From a virus (lineage: Duplodnaviria; Heunggongvirae; Uroviricota; Caudoviricetes): DNA of 56,035 nucleotides. The notes under the pieces were generated by a model. That model was not told the origin of the DNA and ran no database searches. It saw only the letters and a list, made by a program, of their open reading frames with translations. Each line of letters opens with the position of its first letter. Within the stretch, counting starts at the first letter, position 1. A program made the position numbers and the translations under genes. The stretch lies in IMG/VR virus record IMGVR_UViG_2740892233_000026; one strand, given 5' to 3'. Shown piece after piece: positions 1 through 10,046 of the stretch.

Positions 1-1986
1 ATCACGGATACTCACACAGCGGAACAGGCGCTGACGCAACGTCGGCAGCTTCAGCCCCCACACACTGTATTCTGCAACGCCGTCAGGAACCCGGTTCACT
101 TTCACCTTAAGTCCGTCGGTGACGGACTGAACCTCCACGCTGACCGGATTACCACTTCCGTCAACCAGGCTTATCAGCGTGGTACCGGAGGATGGCAGCG
201 TGATTTCACGGTCGAGCGTCAGCGTCCGGGTCTGGCTGTTCACCGCCAGCACGCGACCACCGGTGCTGATACCGGCATAGTCATCATCGAAGATTTCAAT
301 AACATCGCCCGGTACATGGCGAAGCCCTTCAGCACCCACGCTGAAATCCACGGTCTGCGTCTCCAGCAGTTCCGTTTTAATCAGCCACAGCCCGGCGCGG
401 TGTGCCTGCCCCCGGCTGGTACAGCCAAAGGCATCCATCTTCGTGACATTACGACCGTAACGGGCAATGGCCTGCGTATCTTCAACAAGCTCTGTCGCCG
501 TCTCCCAGCCGTTGTTCGGGTCAATCCAGTTCACCTCAACGGCATTATGGCGGTCCTTCAGGGCGCTGAAGCTGTAGCGGAACGGCGCGCCATCATCCGG
601 CATCACCACATTACTGCGGTTATAGGTCCACACCTTATCTGATGGTCGGTCCTGCACGAACGTCAGCGTCTGCCCGTTCCATACCGGCATACAGCGCATC
701 GCCGAGCAGAAATCACTGAGCACATCCCACGCCTTGCGCTGTGTGGTCAGGTACGCATTACAGGTGATGCGCAGCTCCGTGCCGCCAAAGCCGTCCGGCA
801 CTGACTGGTCGCAGTACTGGCCGATGACATACAGCGCCCATTTGTCCACATCCGCCGCACCAANNNNNNNNNNTGCATTACAGGTGATGCGCGGCTCCGT
901 GCCGCCAAAGCCGTCCGGTACTGACTGGTCGCAGTACTGGCCGATGACATACAGCGCCCATTTGTCCACATCCGCCGCACCAAGACGTTTCCCCATGCCG
1001 TAGCGCGGGTGGGTCAGCATATCCCACAGACACCAGGCCATGTTGTTGCTGTATGCTGGTTTTAACGTTCCGTCCCAGATACCGCTGTATTGTCGCGTCT
1101 GCGGGTTATAGTTCGACGGCACCTGCANNNNNNNNNNTGGATGGGTCAGCATATCCCACAGACACCAGGCCATGTTGTTGCTGTATGCCGGTTTAAACGT
1201 TCCGTCCCAGATACCGCTGTATTGTCGCGTCTGCGGGTTATAGTTCGACGGCACCTGCAGAATGCGCCCGCGAAGATGATAATTACGACTCACCTGCTGG
1301 CTGCCGAACTGCTCCAAGTCCACCTGTACGCCGACCAGTGCCGTGTTCGGGTAGCACTGTTTCACATCGATGATTTCGGTGTATGACGACCAGAGCGTTT
1401 TGTTCTGCAGCTGGTCTGTGGTGCTGTCCGGCGTCATCCTGCGCATCCGGATATTAAACGGGCGCGGAGGCAGGTTATCCACCACCACCGAGGCCAGATA
1501 CTGCGAGGTGGTTTTGCCCTTAATGGTGATGTCTTTTTCCGTCACCCAGCCACCGTTACGCTGTATCTGAACCAGCAGGCGGACTTCCGACGGATTCCGG
1601 TCCCCCTTTGAGGTGGTTTCCACCAGTGCCTGCACACCGAAGGTAAAGCGCAGACGGTCGATGTTTGCCGACGTGATGGTGCGGGTGATCGGCGTGTCAT
1701 ATTTCACTTCCGTACCCAGCACCGTCTCGGAGCCGGAGGATTCAAAACCTTCCGGCGGTGTCTGCTCCTGCTCACCTGCCCGGAACACCACCGTGACGCC
1801 GGAGATGTTGGTATTCCCCTCACTGTCCAGCACCGGCGTACTGTTCAGCAGCACGCTTTTTAATCCATCCACCGGACCTTCAATCGGCCCTTCGCTGATG
1901 GCATCAATCACACTCAGCAGCTGCGTGGATTTCAGGTTATCTTTCGCTTCGCGCGGGGTATGCCCCTTACTGCTGCCTTTACCCAT
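1..1986 (-). CDS. J: tail tip/host-specificity protein J, N-terminal ~2 kb (partial, continues beyond window start)
   Basis: Minus-strand ATG at 1986 preceded by GAGGA; translation begins MGKGSSKGHTPREAKDNLK as in lambda J; follows I in lambda order; interrupted by N-gaps 864-873 and 1128-1137. Confidence 0.85.
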   Translation of the reverse strand, partial: MGKGSSKGHTPREAKDNLKSTQLLSVIDAISEGPIEGPVDGLKSVLLNSTPVLDSEGNTNISGVTVVFRAGEQEQTPPEGFESSGSETVLGTEVKYDTPITRTITSANIDRLRFTFGVQALVETTSKGDRNPSEVRLLVQIQRNGGWVTEKDITIKGKTTSQYLASVVVDNLPPRPFNIRMRRMTPDSTTDQLQNKTLWSSYTEIIDVKQCYPNTALVGVQVDLEQFGSQQVSRNYHLRGRILQVPSNYNPQTRQYSGIWDGTFKPAYSNNMAWCLWDMLTHPXXXXQVPSNYNPQTRQYSGIWDGTLKPAYSNNMAWCLWDMLTHPRYGMGKRLGAADVDKWALYVIGQYCDQSVPDGFGGTEPRITCNAXXXXGAADVDKWALYVIGQYCDQSVPDGFGGTELRITCNAYLTTQRKAWDVLSDFCSAMRCMPVWNGQTLTFVQDRPSDKVWTYNRSNVVMPDDGAPFRYSFSALKDRHNAVEVNWIDPNNGWETATELVEDTQAIARYGRNVTKMDAFGCTSRGQAHRAGLWLIKTELLETQTVDFSVGAEGLRHVPGDVIEIFDDDYAGISTGGRVLAVNSQTRTLTLDREITLPSSGTTLISLVDGSGNPVSVEVQSVTDGLKVKVNRVPDGVAEYSVWGLKLPTLRQRLFRCVSIRD
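864..873. other. scaffold gap (10 N)
   Basis: Run of 10 N; ~110 bp on each side near-identical (754-863 vs 874-983, 2 mismatches). Confidence 0.95.
1128..1137. other. scaffold gap (10 N)
   Basis: Run of 10 N; ~118 bp flanking direct repeat with a few mismatches. Confidence 0.95.
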
Positions 1987-2046
1987 TCCTCACGCTCCAT
2001 AAACGACAAAACCGCCCGCAGGCGGTTTCACATAAAACATTTTGCA

Positions 2047-2718
2047 TCAGCGACCAATCACCACAACCTGACCACCGTCCCCTTCGTCTGCCGTGCTGAT
2101 CTCCTGAGAAACCACGCGAGACCCCACGCGCATTTCCCCGTACAGAACAGGCAGAACATTGCCCTGGGCAACCATGTTATCCAGTGAGGAGAAATAGGTG
2201 TTCTGCTTACCGTTATCCGTTGTCTGTGTACGGGGAGTTCTGGCTTTCGGTGCCAGCATCTGCGCCACACCACCGAGCACCATACTGGCACCGAGAGAAA
2301 ACAGGATGCCGGTCATACCACCGGCCCCAATGGCTGCCCCCCATGCTGCAAGGGTGGCTCCGGCGGTAAAGAATGATCCGGCAATGGCTGCAGCCCCCAG
2401 GACAATCTGGAATACGCCACCTGACTTGGCCCCGGCGACTCTGGGAACAATATGAATCACAGCGCCATCAGGCAGAGTCTCATGTAACTGCGCCGTTAAC
2501 CCGGACGCGCTGACGTCCCGCCCGGCAATCCGTACCTGATACCAGCCGTCGCTCAGTTTCTGACGAAACGCCGGGAGCTGTGTGGCCAGTGCGCGGATGG
2601 CTTCAGCCCCCGTTTTCACACGAAGGTCGATGCGGCGGCCAAATCGTTGCAAATCCCCGTAAAGGCAGATGCGTGCCATTCCCGGTGACGCCAGAGGGAG
2701 TGTGTGCGTCGCTGCCAT
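2047..2718 (-). CDS. I: tail tip assembly protein I
   Basis: 223-aa ORF MAATHTLPLASPGMARICLYGDLQRFGRR..., near-identical to remembered lambda I; position between K and J. Confidence 0.9.
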   Translation of the reverse strand: MAATHTLPLASPGMARICLYGDLQRFGRRIDLRVKTGAEAIRALATQLPAFRQKLSDGWYQVRIAGRDVSASGLTAQLHETLPDGAVIHIVPRVAGAKSGGVFQIVLGAAAIAGSFFTAGATLAAWGAAIGAGGMTGILFSLGASMVLGGVAQMLAPKARTPRTQTTDNGKQNTYFSSLDNMVAQGNVLPVLYGEMRVGSRVVSQEISTADEGDGGQVVVIGR

Positions 2719-3359
2719 TTGTCGGTATACCTCTCCCGTTTACTCAGTTGTTCAGGAATATGGTGCAGCAGCTCGCCGTCACCACAGTAAATAGCGGCGT
2801 GATTCGGCACCGATGAACCAAAACAGCACAGCAGCACATCGCCCGGCTGCGCCGCTGACAACGGCACCTGATACAGCCCTGTGGCCTCCAGATTATCCAG
2901 ATAGAGATTCTGACCGTTACGCCACCAGTCATCCTCACGCACAAAATCCGGCATCTCAATCTCCGCCAGATGATAAGCATCCCGGAACAGTGTGTAACAG
3001 TCCGTCACACCGTGCTCAAAGCGCCGCCCGGTGAGATGCGGCACACAGCGGAACTTATGAATCTCACCCCGGCAGACCAGCCACCACGGCAAATCACTCT
3101 GCACCTGCAGCCGCCGGTCGGCCTCACTCAGCCAGGGCAGACCACCGGGGTGGCTGTGGACCAGTGCCACAATCTCCCCCTGCATTTCTGCCTGCAGCCA
3201 GTCTTCCGGCGACATACGGAAATACGCCTCCGGCTCACCGGAGATATTCACGCAGGGGAAATATCTTTCCCCCTCCGGCGTGCTTACCACGAAGCCGCAC
3301 GACTCCGCTGGCGCACATCGCCGGGCGTGCGCCAGAATCGCTGATTCTGTCTGTGTCAT
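2616..3359 (-). CDS. K: tail tip assembly protein K (JAMM/MPN plus NlpC/P60 type)
   Basis: ORF MTQTESAILAHARRC... with HSHPGG...SEAD motif; long form starts 3 nt after L stop; a shorter 199-aa form from internal Met at 3215 is the classical annotation. Confidence 0.85.
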   Translation of the reverse strand: MTQTESAILAHARRCAPAESCGFVVSTPEGERYFPCVNISGEPEAYFRMSPEDWLQAEMQGEIVALVHSHPGGLPWLSEADRRLQVQSDLPWWLVCRGEIHKFRCVPHLTGRRFEHGVTDCYTLFRDAYHLAEIEMPDFVREDDWWRNGQNLYLDNLEATGLYQVPLSAAQPGDVLLCCFGSSVPNHAAIYCGDGELLHHIPEQLSKRERYTDKWQRRTHSLWRHREWHASAFTGICNDLAAASTFV

Positions 3360-3364
3360 GGGAT

Positions 3365-4063
3365 TTACTGCGAAAGTTTGTTAATGGAAAGGAAGCCGCC
3401 AAAGTTGCCGACGTTATTGTGGAACTTACAACCGCTCAGGCATTTGCTGCATTTATCCTTCGTGATATCGGACGTTGGCTGGTCATATTCATCCGCGACA
3501 GCCGGACCGCTATAACCGCACTCGTCACCGCGATAGGTCCAGGTGCAGGTGTTGGCCAGCATGATACGTCCCGGAAAAACAGCGCCATCCGTTTCCGTCG
3601 GCGTGGACAGTACAAAGGAGGCACTCACCGCGCTCAGTTCGCTGCACTGCTCAATGCGCCAGCGGCTGATCACCTCCTGCTCCGGATCGGCGTAACTGTT
3701 TCCGTTGACGAAGTTCACCGCATCCAGAAAACGGGCGTAAACCTTACGCCGGACCACCGTTCCGCCGACCAGACTCTGCAGATCTTCCGCCATCCCGGTG
3801 ACCATACCGTACAGGTTAGAAACCGTCAGCGTGGGGCGCGTACTGGTGCCTTTGCCATTCAGTTCAAAACCGCTCCCCTGAATGGGATACGGCTGATACT
3901 GTCGCCCCTGCCAGGTGACCGGCTCACCTTTTTCGTTCTGCTCATTACAGAAAAAATAACGTTCTCCACCGACCTCTGTCAGGTCGATTTCCCAGAGCAC
4001 CACGCTGGCCGACTGCTCCGCACGGGTGCATTCATTCAGTGTTTCCTGCCGGATATCCTGCAT
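3365..4063 (-). CDS. L: minor tail protein L
   Basis: 232-aa ORF MQDIRQETLNECTRAEQSASVVLWEIDLTEVGGERYFFCNEQNEKGEPVTWQGRQYQPYPIQGSGFELNGKG..., lambda L-like, synteny. Confidence 0.9.
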   Translation of the reverse strand: MQDIRQETLNECTRAEQSASVVLWEIDLTEVGGERYFFCNEQNEKGEPVTWQGRQYQPYPIQGSGFELNGKGTSTRPTLTVSNLYGMVTGMAEDLQSLVGGTVVRRKVYARFLDAVNFVNGNSYADPEQEVISRWRIEQCSELSAVSASFVLSTPTETDGAVFPGRIMLANTCTWTYRGDECGYSGPAVADEYDQPTSDITKDKCSKCLSGCKFHNNVGNFGGFLSINKLSQ

Positions 4064-4392
4064 CAGTTCACCACCTGTTTAAACTCTGCGCTGAACTCAA
4101 CACGCAACATACTGACCTGCGACGACCATTTTGCGCAGGTCACCTTTATCTGCCTGTAACCATAAGGCGGCGTCCACAGAAAGGCCTTCCAGCCCCCGTG
4201 CTCAGCCAGAAACGACTCCAGCGCCGTGGCCTCCTCACGGGAGACAGACAGCGTCACGCTGTACGTTTTCAGGTCAGCGTTCAGCCCGGCAGGCACACGC
4301 TGGGAATAGCCATCACCAAAGCGCACCTCCCTGACGGAAGGGGCCGATGTCACATCCATACCGGGTTTCACTTTCCAGCGGAAGGTTTTCAT
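4063..4392 (-). CDS. M: minor tail protein M
   Basis: 109-aa ORF MKTFRWKVKPGMDV...VEFSAEFKQVVN, lambda M-like. Confidence 0.9.
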   Translation of the reverse strand: MKTFRWKVKPGMDVTSAPSVREVRFGDGYSQRVPAGLNADLKTYSVTLSVSREEATALESFLAEHGGWKAFLWTPPYGYRQIKVTCAKWSSQVSMLRVEFSAEFKQVVN

Positions 4393-7300
4393 CGTCCACC
4401 TCCGGAGAACAGGCCACCATCACGCATCTGTGTCTGAATTTCATCACGGGCACCCTTGCGGGCCATGTCATACACCGCCTTCAGAGCAGCCGGACCTATC
4501 TGCCCGTTCGTGCCGTCGTTGTTAATCACCACATGGTTATTCTGCTCAAACGTCCCGGACGCCTGCGACCGGCTGTCAGCCAGACTGCCCGGTGTACCGA
4601 CATAACCACCGGTGGCATAGCCGCGCATCAGCCGGTAGAGATTCCCCACGCCAATCCGGCTGGTTGCCTCCTTCGTGAAGACAAATTCACCACGGTGAAC
4701 AATCCCCGCTGGCTCATATTTGCCGCCGGTTCCCGTAAATCCTCCGGTTGNNNNNNNNNNTGCCATGCTGCCCGGTGTACCGACATAACCGCCGGTGGCA
4801 TAGCCGCGCATCAGCCGGTAAAGATTCCCCACGCCAATCCGGCTGGTTGCCTCCTTCGTGAAGACAAACTCACCACGGTGAACAATCCCCGCTGGCTCAT
4901 ATTTGCCGCCGGTTCCCGTAAATCCTCCGGTTGCAAAATGGAATTTCGCCGCAGCGGCCTGAATGGCTGTACCGCCTGACGCGGATGCGCCGCCACCAAC
5001 AGCCCCGCCAATGGCGCTGCCGATACTCCCGACAATCCCCACCATTGCCTGCTTAAGCAGAATTTCTGTCATCATGGACAGCACGGAACGGGTGAAGCTG
5101 CGCCAGTTCTGCTCACTGCCGGTCAGCATCGCTGCCATATTCTGTGCAATACCATCAAAGGTCTGCGTGGCTGCACTTTTTACCTGCGACATACTGTCCG
5201 TGGCGCTCTCTTCCCACTCACTCCAGCCGGACTTCAGGCCTGCCATCCAGCTCCCGCGAAGCTGGTCTTCAGCCGCCCAGGTCTTTTTCTGCTCTGACAT
5301 GACGTTATTCAGCGCCAGCGGATTATCGCCATACTGTTCCTTCAGGCGCTGTTCCGTGGCTTCCCGTTCTGCCTGCCGGTCAGTCAGCCCCCGGCTTTTC
5401 GCATCAATGGCGGCCCGTTTTGCCCGTTGCTGCTGTGCGAATTTATCCGCCTGCTGCGCCAGCGCGTTCAGGCGCTCCTGATACGTAACCTTGTCGCCAA
5501 GTGCAGCCAGCTGGCGTTTGTACTCCAGCGTCTCATCTTTATGCGCCAGCAGGGATTTCTCCTGTGCGGACAGCTGGCGACGTTGTGCCGCCTCCTCCAG
5601 TACCGCGAACTGACTTTCTGCCTTCCACAAATCCCGGCGCTGCTGGCTGATTTTCTCATTCGCTCCGGCATGCTTCTCCAGCGTCCGGAGTTCTGCCTGA
5701 AGCGTCAGCAGGGCAGCATGAGCACTGTCTTCCTGACGATCGCCCGCAGACACCTTCACGCCGGACTGTTTCGGCTTTTTCAGCGTCGCTTCATAATCCT
5801 TTTTCGCCGCCGCCATCAGCGTGTTGTAATCCGCCTGCAGGATTTTCCCGTCTTTCAGTGCCTTGTTCAGTTCTTCCTGACGGGCGGTATATTTCTCCAG
5901 CGGCGTCTGCAGCCGTTCGTAAGCCTTCTGCGCCTCTTCGGTATATTTCAGCCGTGACGCTTCGGTATCGCTCTGCTGCTGCGCATTTTTGTCCTGTTGA
6001 GTCTGCTGCTCAGCCTTCTTTCGGGCGGCTTCAAGCGCAAGACGGGCCTTTTCACGATCATCCCAGTAACGCGCCCGCGCTTCATCGTTAACAAAATAAT
6101 CATCCTTGCGCAGATTCCAGATGTCGTCTGCTTTCTTAAACGCAGCCTCTGCCTTAATCAGCATCTCCTGCGCGGTATCAGGACGACCAATATCCAGCAC
6201 CGCATCCCACATGGATTTGAATGCCCGTGCAGTCCTGTCTGCCCAGGTCTCCAGCGTGCCCATGTTCTCTTTCAGGCGGCGGGTCTGCTCATCAAAGCCT
6301 TTCGTGGCGATATCGTTCGCCGCCTGTAAGGCCCCGGCCTCATCACCGGAACGCTGCAGCTGCGCAACATACGCAATCTGCTCTGCCGTCACGTTACGGA
6401 ACTGGCGCGCCATCGCAATCAGCCCCGACGTAGGGTCGGTGGTCAGTTTTCCGAAAGCCTCTGCAACCTTGTCCACCTCCACACCGGATGCAGAAGCAAA
6501 ACGCGCGACACTCTGGTTGATGGCATCAAACTGTTCACCACCACGCACACCGGCATTCANNNNNNNNNNGGCCCGCGCAGTCCTGTCTGCCCAGGTCTCC
6601 AGCGTGCCCATGTTCTCTTTCAGGCGGCGGGTCTGGTCATCAAACCCTTTCGTTGCGGCCTCGTTCGCCGCCTGCAATGCCCCGGCTTCATCGCCGGAAC
6701 GCTGCAACTGAGCAACATACGCAATCTGCTCCGCCGTCACGTTATGGAACTGGCGTGCCATCGCCGTCAGCCCCGACGTCGGGTCTGTGGTCAGCTTCCC
6801 GAAGGCTTCAGCGACCTTGTCCACCTCCACGCCGGATGCAGAGGAGAAACGCGCCACACTCTGGCTGATGGACGCAATCTGAGCCTCACCGCTTACCCCC
6901 GCCTTAACCAGTGCGCTGAGTGACTCGCTGGTCTGGTTAAACGTCAGCCCTGCCGCCTGCCCGGCTCTGGACAGGACCAGCATACGATCTGCCGTCAGTC
7001 CCGCCTGATTGCCGGAAAGGACCAGCGTTTTGTTGAAATCGGACAGGGTTGAGTTGCCCTGATACCAGGCATACGCCAGCGCACCGGTCGCCACCGCCAG
7101 CGAGGTGGCCCCCACCATCGGCAGGGTGATCGCACCGGCAAGCCCCCTGAACATGGGGATCATCCCGCCGAAGGAGTCCTTCACCTGCCCCCCCTGTTGC
7201 AGCAGGATCAGCCACGGACTTTGCCCGCCTGCAAGCTGCGTGGCCACGTCGGTGAACTGTGCAGGCAGCATACGCATGGCGGCTTTATACTGCCCGACGG

Positions 7301-7481
7301 AAATCCCCGCTTTCTGTGCAGCCAGCGCCTGTCGGCTCAGCGACTGTTCAACGACTGCCGCTGTTTTTTTCGCATCACTTTCCGTACCGGAAAAATGACG
7401 CCTGACTCTGGCCATCTGCTCGTCAAATCTGGCCGCATCCAGACTTAAATCAACGACCAGATCGCCTACCGGTTCAGCCAT
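4389..7481 (-). CDS. H: tail tape measure protein H (reading frame spans two scaffold gaps with duplicated segments)
   Basis: Long minus ORF with lambda H N- and C-terminal sequence (MAEPVGDLVVDLSLDAARF ... RDGGLFSGGGR); gaps at 4751-4760 and 6560-6569 flanked by ~170 and ~330 bp repeats inflate apparent length to 1030 codons. Confidence 0.85.
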   Translation of the reverse strand: MAEPVGDLVVDLSLDAARFDEQMARVRRHFSGTESDAKKTAAVVEQSLSRQALAAQKAGISVGQYKAAMRMLPAQFTDVATQLAGGQSPWLILLQQGGQVKDSFGGMIPMFRGLAGAITLPMVGATSLAVATGALAYAWYQGNSTLSDFNKTLVLSGNQAGLTADRMLVLSRAGQAAGLTFNQTSESLSALVKAGVSGEAQIASISQSVARFSSASGVEVDKVAEAFGKLTTDPTSGLTAMARQFHNVTAEQIAYVAQLQRSGDEAGALQAANEAATKGFDDQTRRLKENMGTLETWADRTARAXXXXNAGVRGGEQFDAINQSVARFASASGVEVDKVAEAFGKLTTDPTSGLIAMARQFRNVTAEQIAYVAQLQRSGDEAGALQAANDIATKGFDEQTRRLKENMGTLETWADRTARAFKSMWDAVLDIGRPDTAQEMLIKAEAAFKKADDIWNLRKDDYFVNDEARARYWDDREKARLALEAARKKAEQQTQQDKNAQQQSDTEASRLKYTEEAQKAYERLQTPLEKYTARQEELNKALKDGKILQADYNTLMAAAKKDYEATLKKPKQSGVKVSAGDRQEDSAHAALLTLQAELRTLEKHAGANEKISQQRRDLWKAESQFAVLEEAAQRRQLSAQEKSLLAHKDETLEYKRQLAALGDKVTYQERLNALAQQADKFAQQQRAKRAAIDAKSRGLTDRQAEREATEQRLKEQYGDNPLALNNVMSEQKKTWAAEDQLRGSWMAGLKSGWSEWEESATDSMSQVKSAATQTFDGIAQNMAAMLTGSEQNWRSFTRSVLSMMTEILLKQAMVGIVGSIGSAIGGAVGGGASASGGTAIQAAAAKFHFATGGFTGTGGKYEPAGIVHRGEFVFTKEATSRIGVGNLYRLMRGYATGGYVGTPGSMAXXXXTGGFTGTGGKYEPAGIVHRGEFVFTKEATSRIGVGNLYRLMRGYATGGYVGTPGSLADSRSQASGTFEQNNHVVINNDGTNGQIGPAALKAVYDMARKGARDEIQTQMRDGGLFSGGGR
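4751..4760. other. scaffold gap (10 N)
   Basis: 10 N inside H; ~170 bp near-identical flanks. Confidence 0.95.
6560..6569. other. scaffold gap (10 N)
   Basis: 10 N inside H; ~330 bp flanks repeated with several substitutions. Confidence 0.95.
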
Positions 7482-7908
7482 ACCGGACTCCTCCTGCGAT
7501 CCCTTCTGATACTGTCATCAGCATTACGTCATCCTCCGTCATGTCCGCCACATCCGGGGAAGCGGGGATAACTTCATTCCCGTCCGGGCCAAAGCGGACG
7601 CCTCCGGCAAGCCCTGCCGCTTTCTGCATCAGCACATCATCTTCAGGCTCTTCGTCAGCCTCACGCCGGTTCAGCAGACTGAAATCCAGCGGATGCATAT
7701 CCGGATCGCTGAAAAACAGGCTGAGCACGGTGTACGTCAGCCCGGAAAAGTGCATATCCAGCAGAACATCATGAAAATAATGGGTACTGTAAAAGCGGTG
7801 CCAGTCGGCATACTCCGTGGATGACATCCCGGCAAGCATGGCACGCCAGTCGGGTCGCCCCATCTCGCGCGCCAGTTTCAGGGCAAAACTCAGCTCACCG
7901 TCGAACAC
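7474..7908 (-). CDS. T: tail assembly protein T frame (expressed as G-T fusion by -1 frameshift)
   Basis: 144-codon ORF overlapping 3' end of G in the -1 frame; lambda T-like sequence; slippery heptamer at 7908-7914. Confidence 0.75.
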   Translation of the reverse strand: MFDGELSFALKLAREMGRPDWRAMLAGMSSTEYADWHRFYSTHYFHDVLLDMHFSGLTYTVLSLFFSDPDMHPLDFSLLNRREADEEPEDDVLMQKAAGLAGGVRFGPDGNEVIPASPDVADMTEDDVMLMTVSEGIAGGVRYG

Positions 7909-8312
7909 TTTCCCGCAGAAACAGGCTCTGCAGGCCCGGCGTCCTCTGCCTGTTCAGGGGCATCATTCACCACAAACTCATACATACCGGACAGCCGGTA
8001 CACCACGTTTTCAGCATGAGAAATTGCCTCTGTGGGCCAGGTGGTAAGCACTTCCTGCTCAATCTGTTTAACGGCTTCATTCATGGAAGGCTGCTTTGTC
8101 TTCTGCGGATGGTTATGCCACAGGGACATCGCCACCACAAAAGCACCGGTTCTGATGGCGTCTTCCACTGTAAACTTCCGGTTGCTGTCTGACTCCGCCT
8201 GTTCTGCCTGCCGTTTCATCAGGGCGAGATGCTCAATACGCTGCAGGGCTGAAAGTTCAGAAAGCGTGACGGTCACGCCGTTATGTTCAAATGATTCGGT
8301 TTTCAGGAACAT
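7890..8312 (-). CDS. G: tail assembly chaperone G
   Basis: 140-aa ORF MFLKTESFEHNGVTVTLSELSALQRIEHLALMKRQAEQAESDSNRKFTVEDAIRTGAFVVAMSLWHNHPQKTKQ..., lambda G-like, upstream of T. Confidence 0.85.
   Translation of the reverse strand: MFLKTESFEHNGVTVTLSELSALQRIEHLALMKRQAEQAESDSNRKFTVEDAIRTGAFVVAMSLWHNHPQKTKQPSMNEAVKQIEQEVLTTWPTEAISHAENVVYRLSGMYEFVVNDAPEQAEDAGPAEPVSAGKCSTVS
7908..7914 (-). promoter_or_regulatory. programmed -1 ribosomal frameshift slippery site GGGAAAG (G to G-T)
   Basis: Minus-strand GGGAAAG located in the G/T overlap, as in lambda. Confidence 0.7.
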
Positions 8313-8327
8313 CGCTGACTCTCCGGA

Positions 8328-9068
8328 TTAACTGTCGGTGACAGTGATTTCTGCAACCGCAGCAAGTTCACCATTACCGGATACGACCGGAATGTTGACC
8401 TTGCCTGCAGCAACACCTTTCACGGTGATGGTCATACCACTGACCGACACGGTGGCTTTTGTTTTATCCGCAGACACCGCACGGAAGCTCTTGTCGGTTG
8501 CGCCTTCCGGCTGGAATGCCACGGTCAGCGTGGTGCTCTGCCCTTTCACCACCGAGGTGCTGGCAGGCGTCACGGTCATGCCGGTTGCCGCTGTGACCGT
8601 GCTGCGATCTTCTGCCATCGACGGGCGTCCCACATTGGTGACCTTCACCGTGCGGGTGATCACTTCCTTCGCCGTCACCGCTTTACCGATACTGCTGACC
8701 CAGCCACGGAACACATCGACCGTGCCGTTCGGGAAGCGGATTTTATAGGCACGGGTATCACCTTCATTAAACCACGCCAGCAGCGCCTGCTGCCCCTGCT
8801 CTCCGGGCATCCACGCCAGCGTGAAGCTGGTATCTCCGGCTGATTTCTGCCCCTGCCCGGTCGCAGTCCAGTCCGCATCTTCATCATCGAGATAGCTGTC
8901 GTCATAGGACTCAGCGGTCAGTTCGCCGGGCGTCAGGTCTTTAACTTTTGCCAGACGCGACCAGTCAACGTCTGAAAGCGGATTCGCATAAGGGTCACCG
9001 CTCCCCTTATAAACCCACAGGGTGGTCCCGGCACCTTTCACCGGCATTACAGGATTTGGTACAGGCAT
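8328..9068 (-). CDS. V: major tail protein V
   Basis: 246 codons from internal ATG 9068 ([22 protein letters not shown]...), matches lambda V including C-terminal Ig-like domain; ORF-track start at 9098 is an upstream extension. Confidence 0.9.
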   Translation of the reverse strand: MPVPNPVMPVKGAGTTLWVYKGSGDPYANPLSDVDWSRLAKVKDLTPGELTAESYDDSYLDDEDADWTATGQGQKSAGDTSFTLAWMPGEQGQQALLAWFNEGDTRAYKIRFPNGTVDVFRGWVSSIGKAVTAKEVITRTVKVTNVGRPSMAEDRSTVTAATGMTVTPASTSVVKGQSTTLTVAFQPEGATDKSFRAVSADKTKATVSVSGMTITVKGVAAGKVNIPVVSGNGELAAVAEITVTDS

Positions 9069-9075
9069 AGCGTCC

Positions 9076-9471
9076 TCACATTTCATAGGTAATGACATAA
9101 GTCAGATCGGCTGAACTCCACAGGCCCGCATCATCGTCGCGTCGGTAGTCATAGCCACTGGCCACCATACTGGTGATCAACTCTGACAGTGCCGGGATAT
9201 CGCTCATCACCGGATAAATCCGGGACTCCATCCACGCATCCAGCTCTGAATCCGGCACCTGAGCAGGCAGGAAAACTTCGATATGCAGCTCCGCCTGCCA
9301 GGTATCGCTGTCCAGCTCTTCGCCCGTGTATTCAGCGCCGGTGAGATAAACGGCAACTGCCGGAAAATCCGCCTCATCAAAAACAGCGGGGCGACCATCA
9401 AAAAGCGTCGCCCCGGTGTCATGCTTCTCCAGTGCATCCAGTACGGCTGCACGGAGTTCAGTATGTTTCAT
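9076..9471 (-). CDS. U: tail terminator protein U
   Basis: 131-aa [72 protein letters not shown]..., lambda U-like. Confidence 0.9.
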   Translation of the reverse strand: MKHTELRAAVLDALEKHDTGATLFDGRPAVFDEADFPAVAVYLTGAEYTGEELDSDTWQAELHIEVFLPAQVPDSELDAWMESRIYPVMSDIPALSELITSMVASGYDYRRDDDAGLWSSADLTYVITYEM

Positions 9472-10046
9472 CGCTTTATTACCATTCTCAGTTGATGCTG
9501 CAGCGCATAGCCCAGCTCTTTCGGAAGACGTTCACGCCGTATCCGTTCAATATTCTGTTTAAACGCCGTGGTAAGCGGCACCGCCATCGGGATTTTCACC
9601 ACATCAATGGGGTAACGGTTTTTCCCGGCCACACGCTGCATAACATGCCACCGGCCATTTTTCAGTTGCTGAATAAACGCGCCGGGAATACGACGGTTAC
9701 CCACCACAAGCACGCTGCCGCCACCTTTCAGGGATGAACGCTGCCCCTTTTTACGACGCCTGCGGCGCGAAAGGACAACCCGCGCATTACCCAGCTTGAT
9801 TACGGGCAAATCCCCCCGGTTAACCTTGATTCTGGCCTGCGGATTTTTGACCGTGGCCCTTTTCAGCCTGGCCCTTTCCTTTACCAGTTTCCGGCGTACC
9901 TTTGTCTCACGGGCAACCTGTGACACCGACTGCGATATCGCGGATGAAGCAACGCGGTTAATGGCCATTGCGGCGGCACCGGGCACCGCCGTTCTGCTGA
10001 TACGGCTGAGGTTTTCAACGGCCTGCTCAAGACCTTTTATGGCCAT
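9468..10046 (-). CDS. Z: tail completion protein Z
   Basis: 192-aa ORF MAIKGLEQAVENLSRISRTAVPGAAAMAINRVASSAISQSVSQVARETKVRRKLVKERARLKRATVKNPQ..., lambda Z-like. Confidence 0.9.
   Translation of the reverse strand: MAIKGLEQAVENLSRISRTAVPGAAAMAINRVASSAISQSVSQVARETKVRRKLVKERARLKRATVKNPQARIKVNRGDLPVIKLGNARVVLSRRRRRKKGQRSSLKGGGSVLVVGNRRIPGAFIQQLKNGRWHVMQRVAGKNRYPIDVVKIPMAVPLTTAFKQNIERIRRERLPKELGYALQHQLRMVIKR

Noticed and set aside
3164-6711. Long plus-strand ORFs (e.g. 3164-4159, 4347-4979, 4963-5481, 5427-5957, 6106-6711) opposite the lambda tail genes
   Set aside because: Antisense shadow ORFs inside well-supported minus-strand genes (L, M, H); no independent start signals; some span N-gaps
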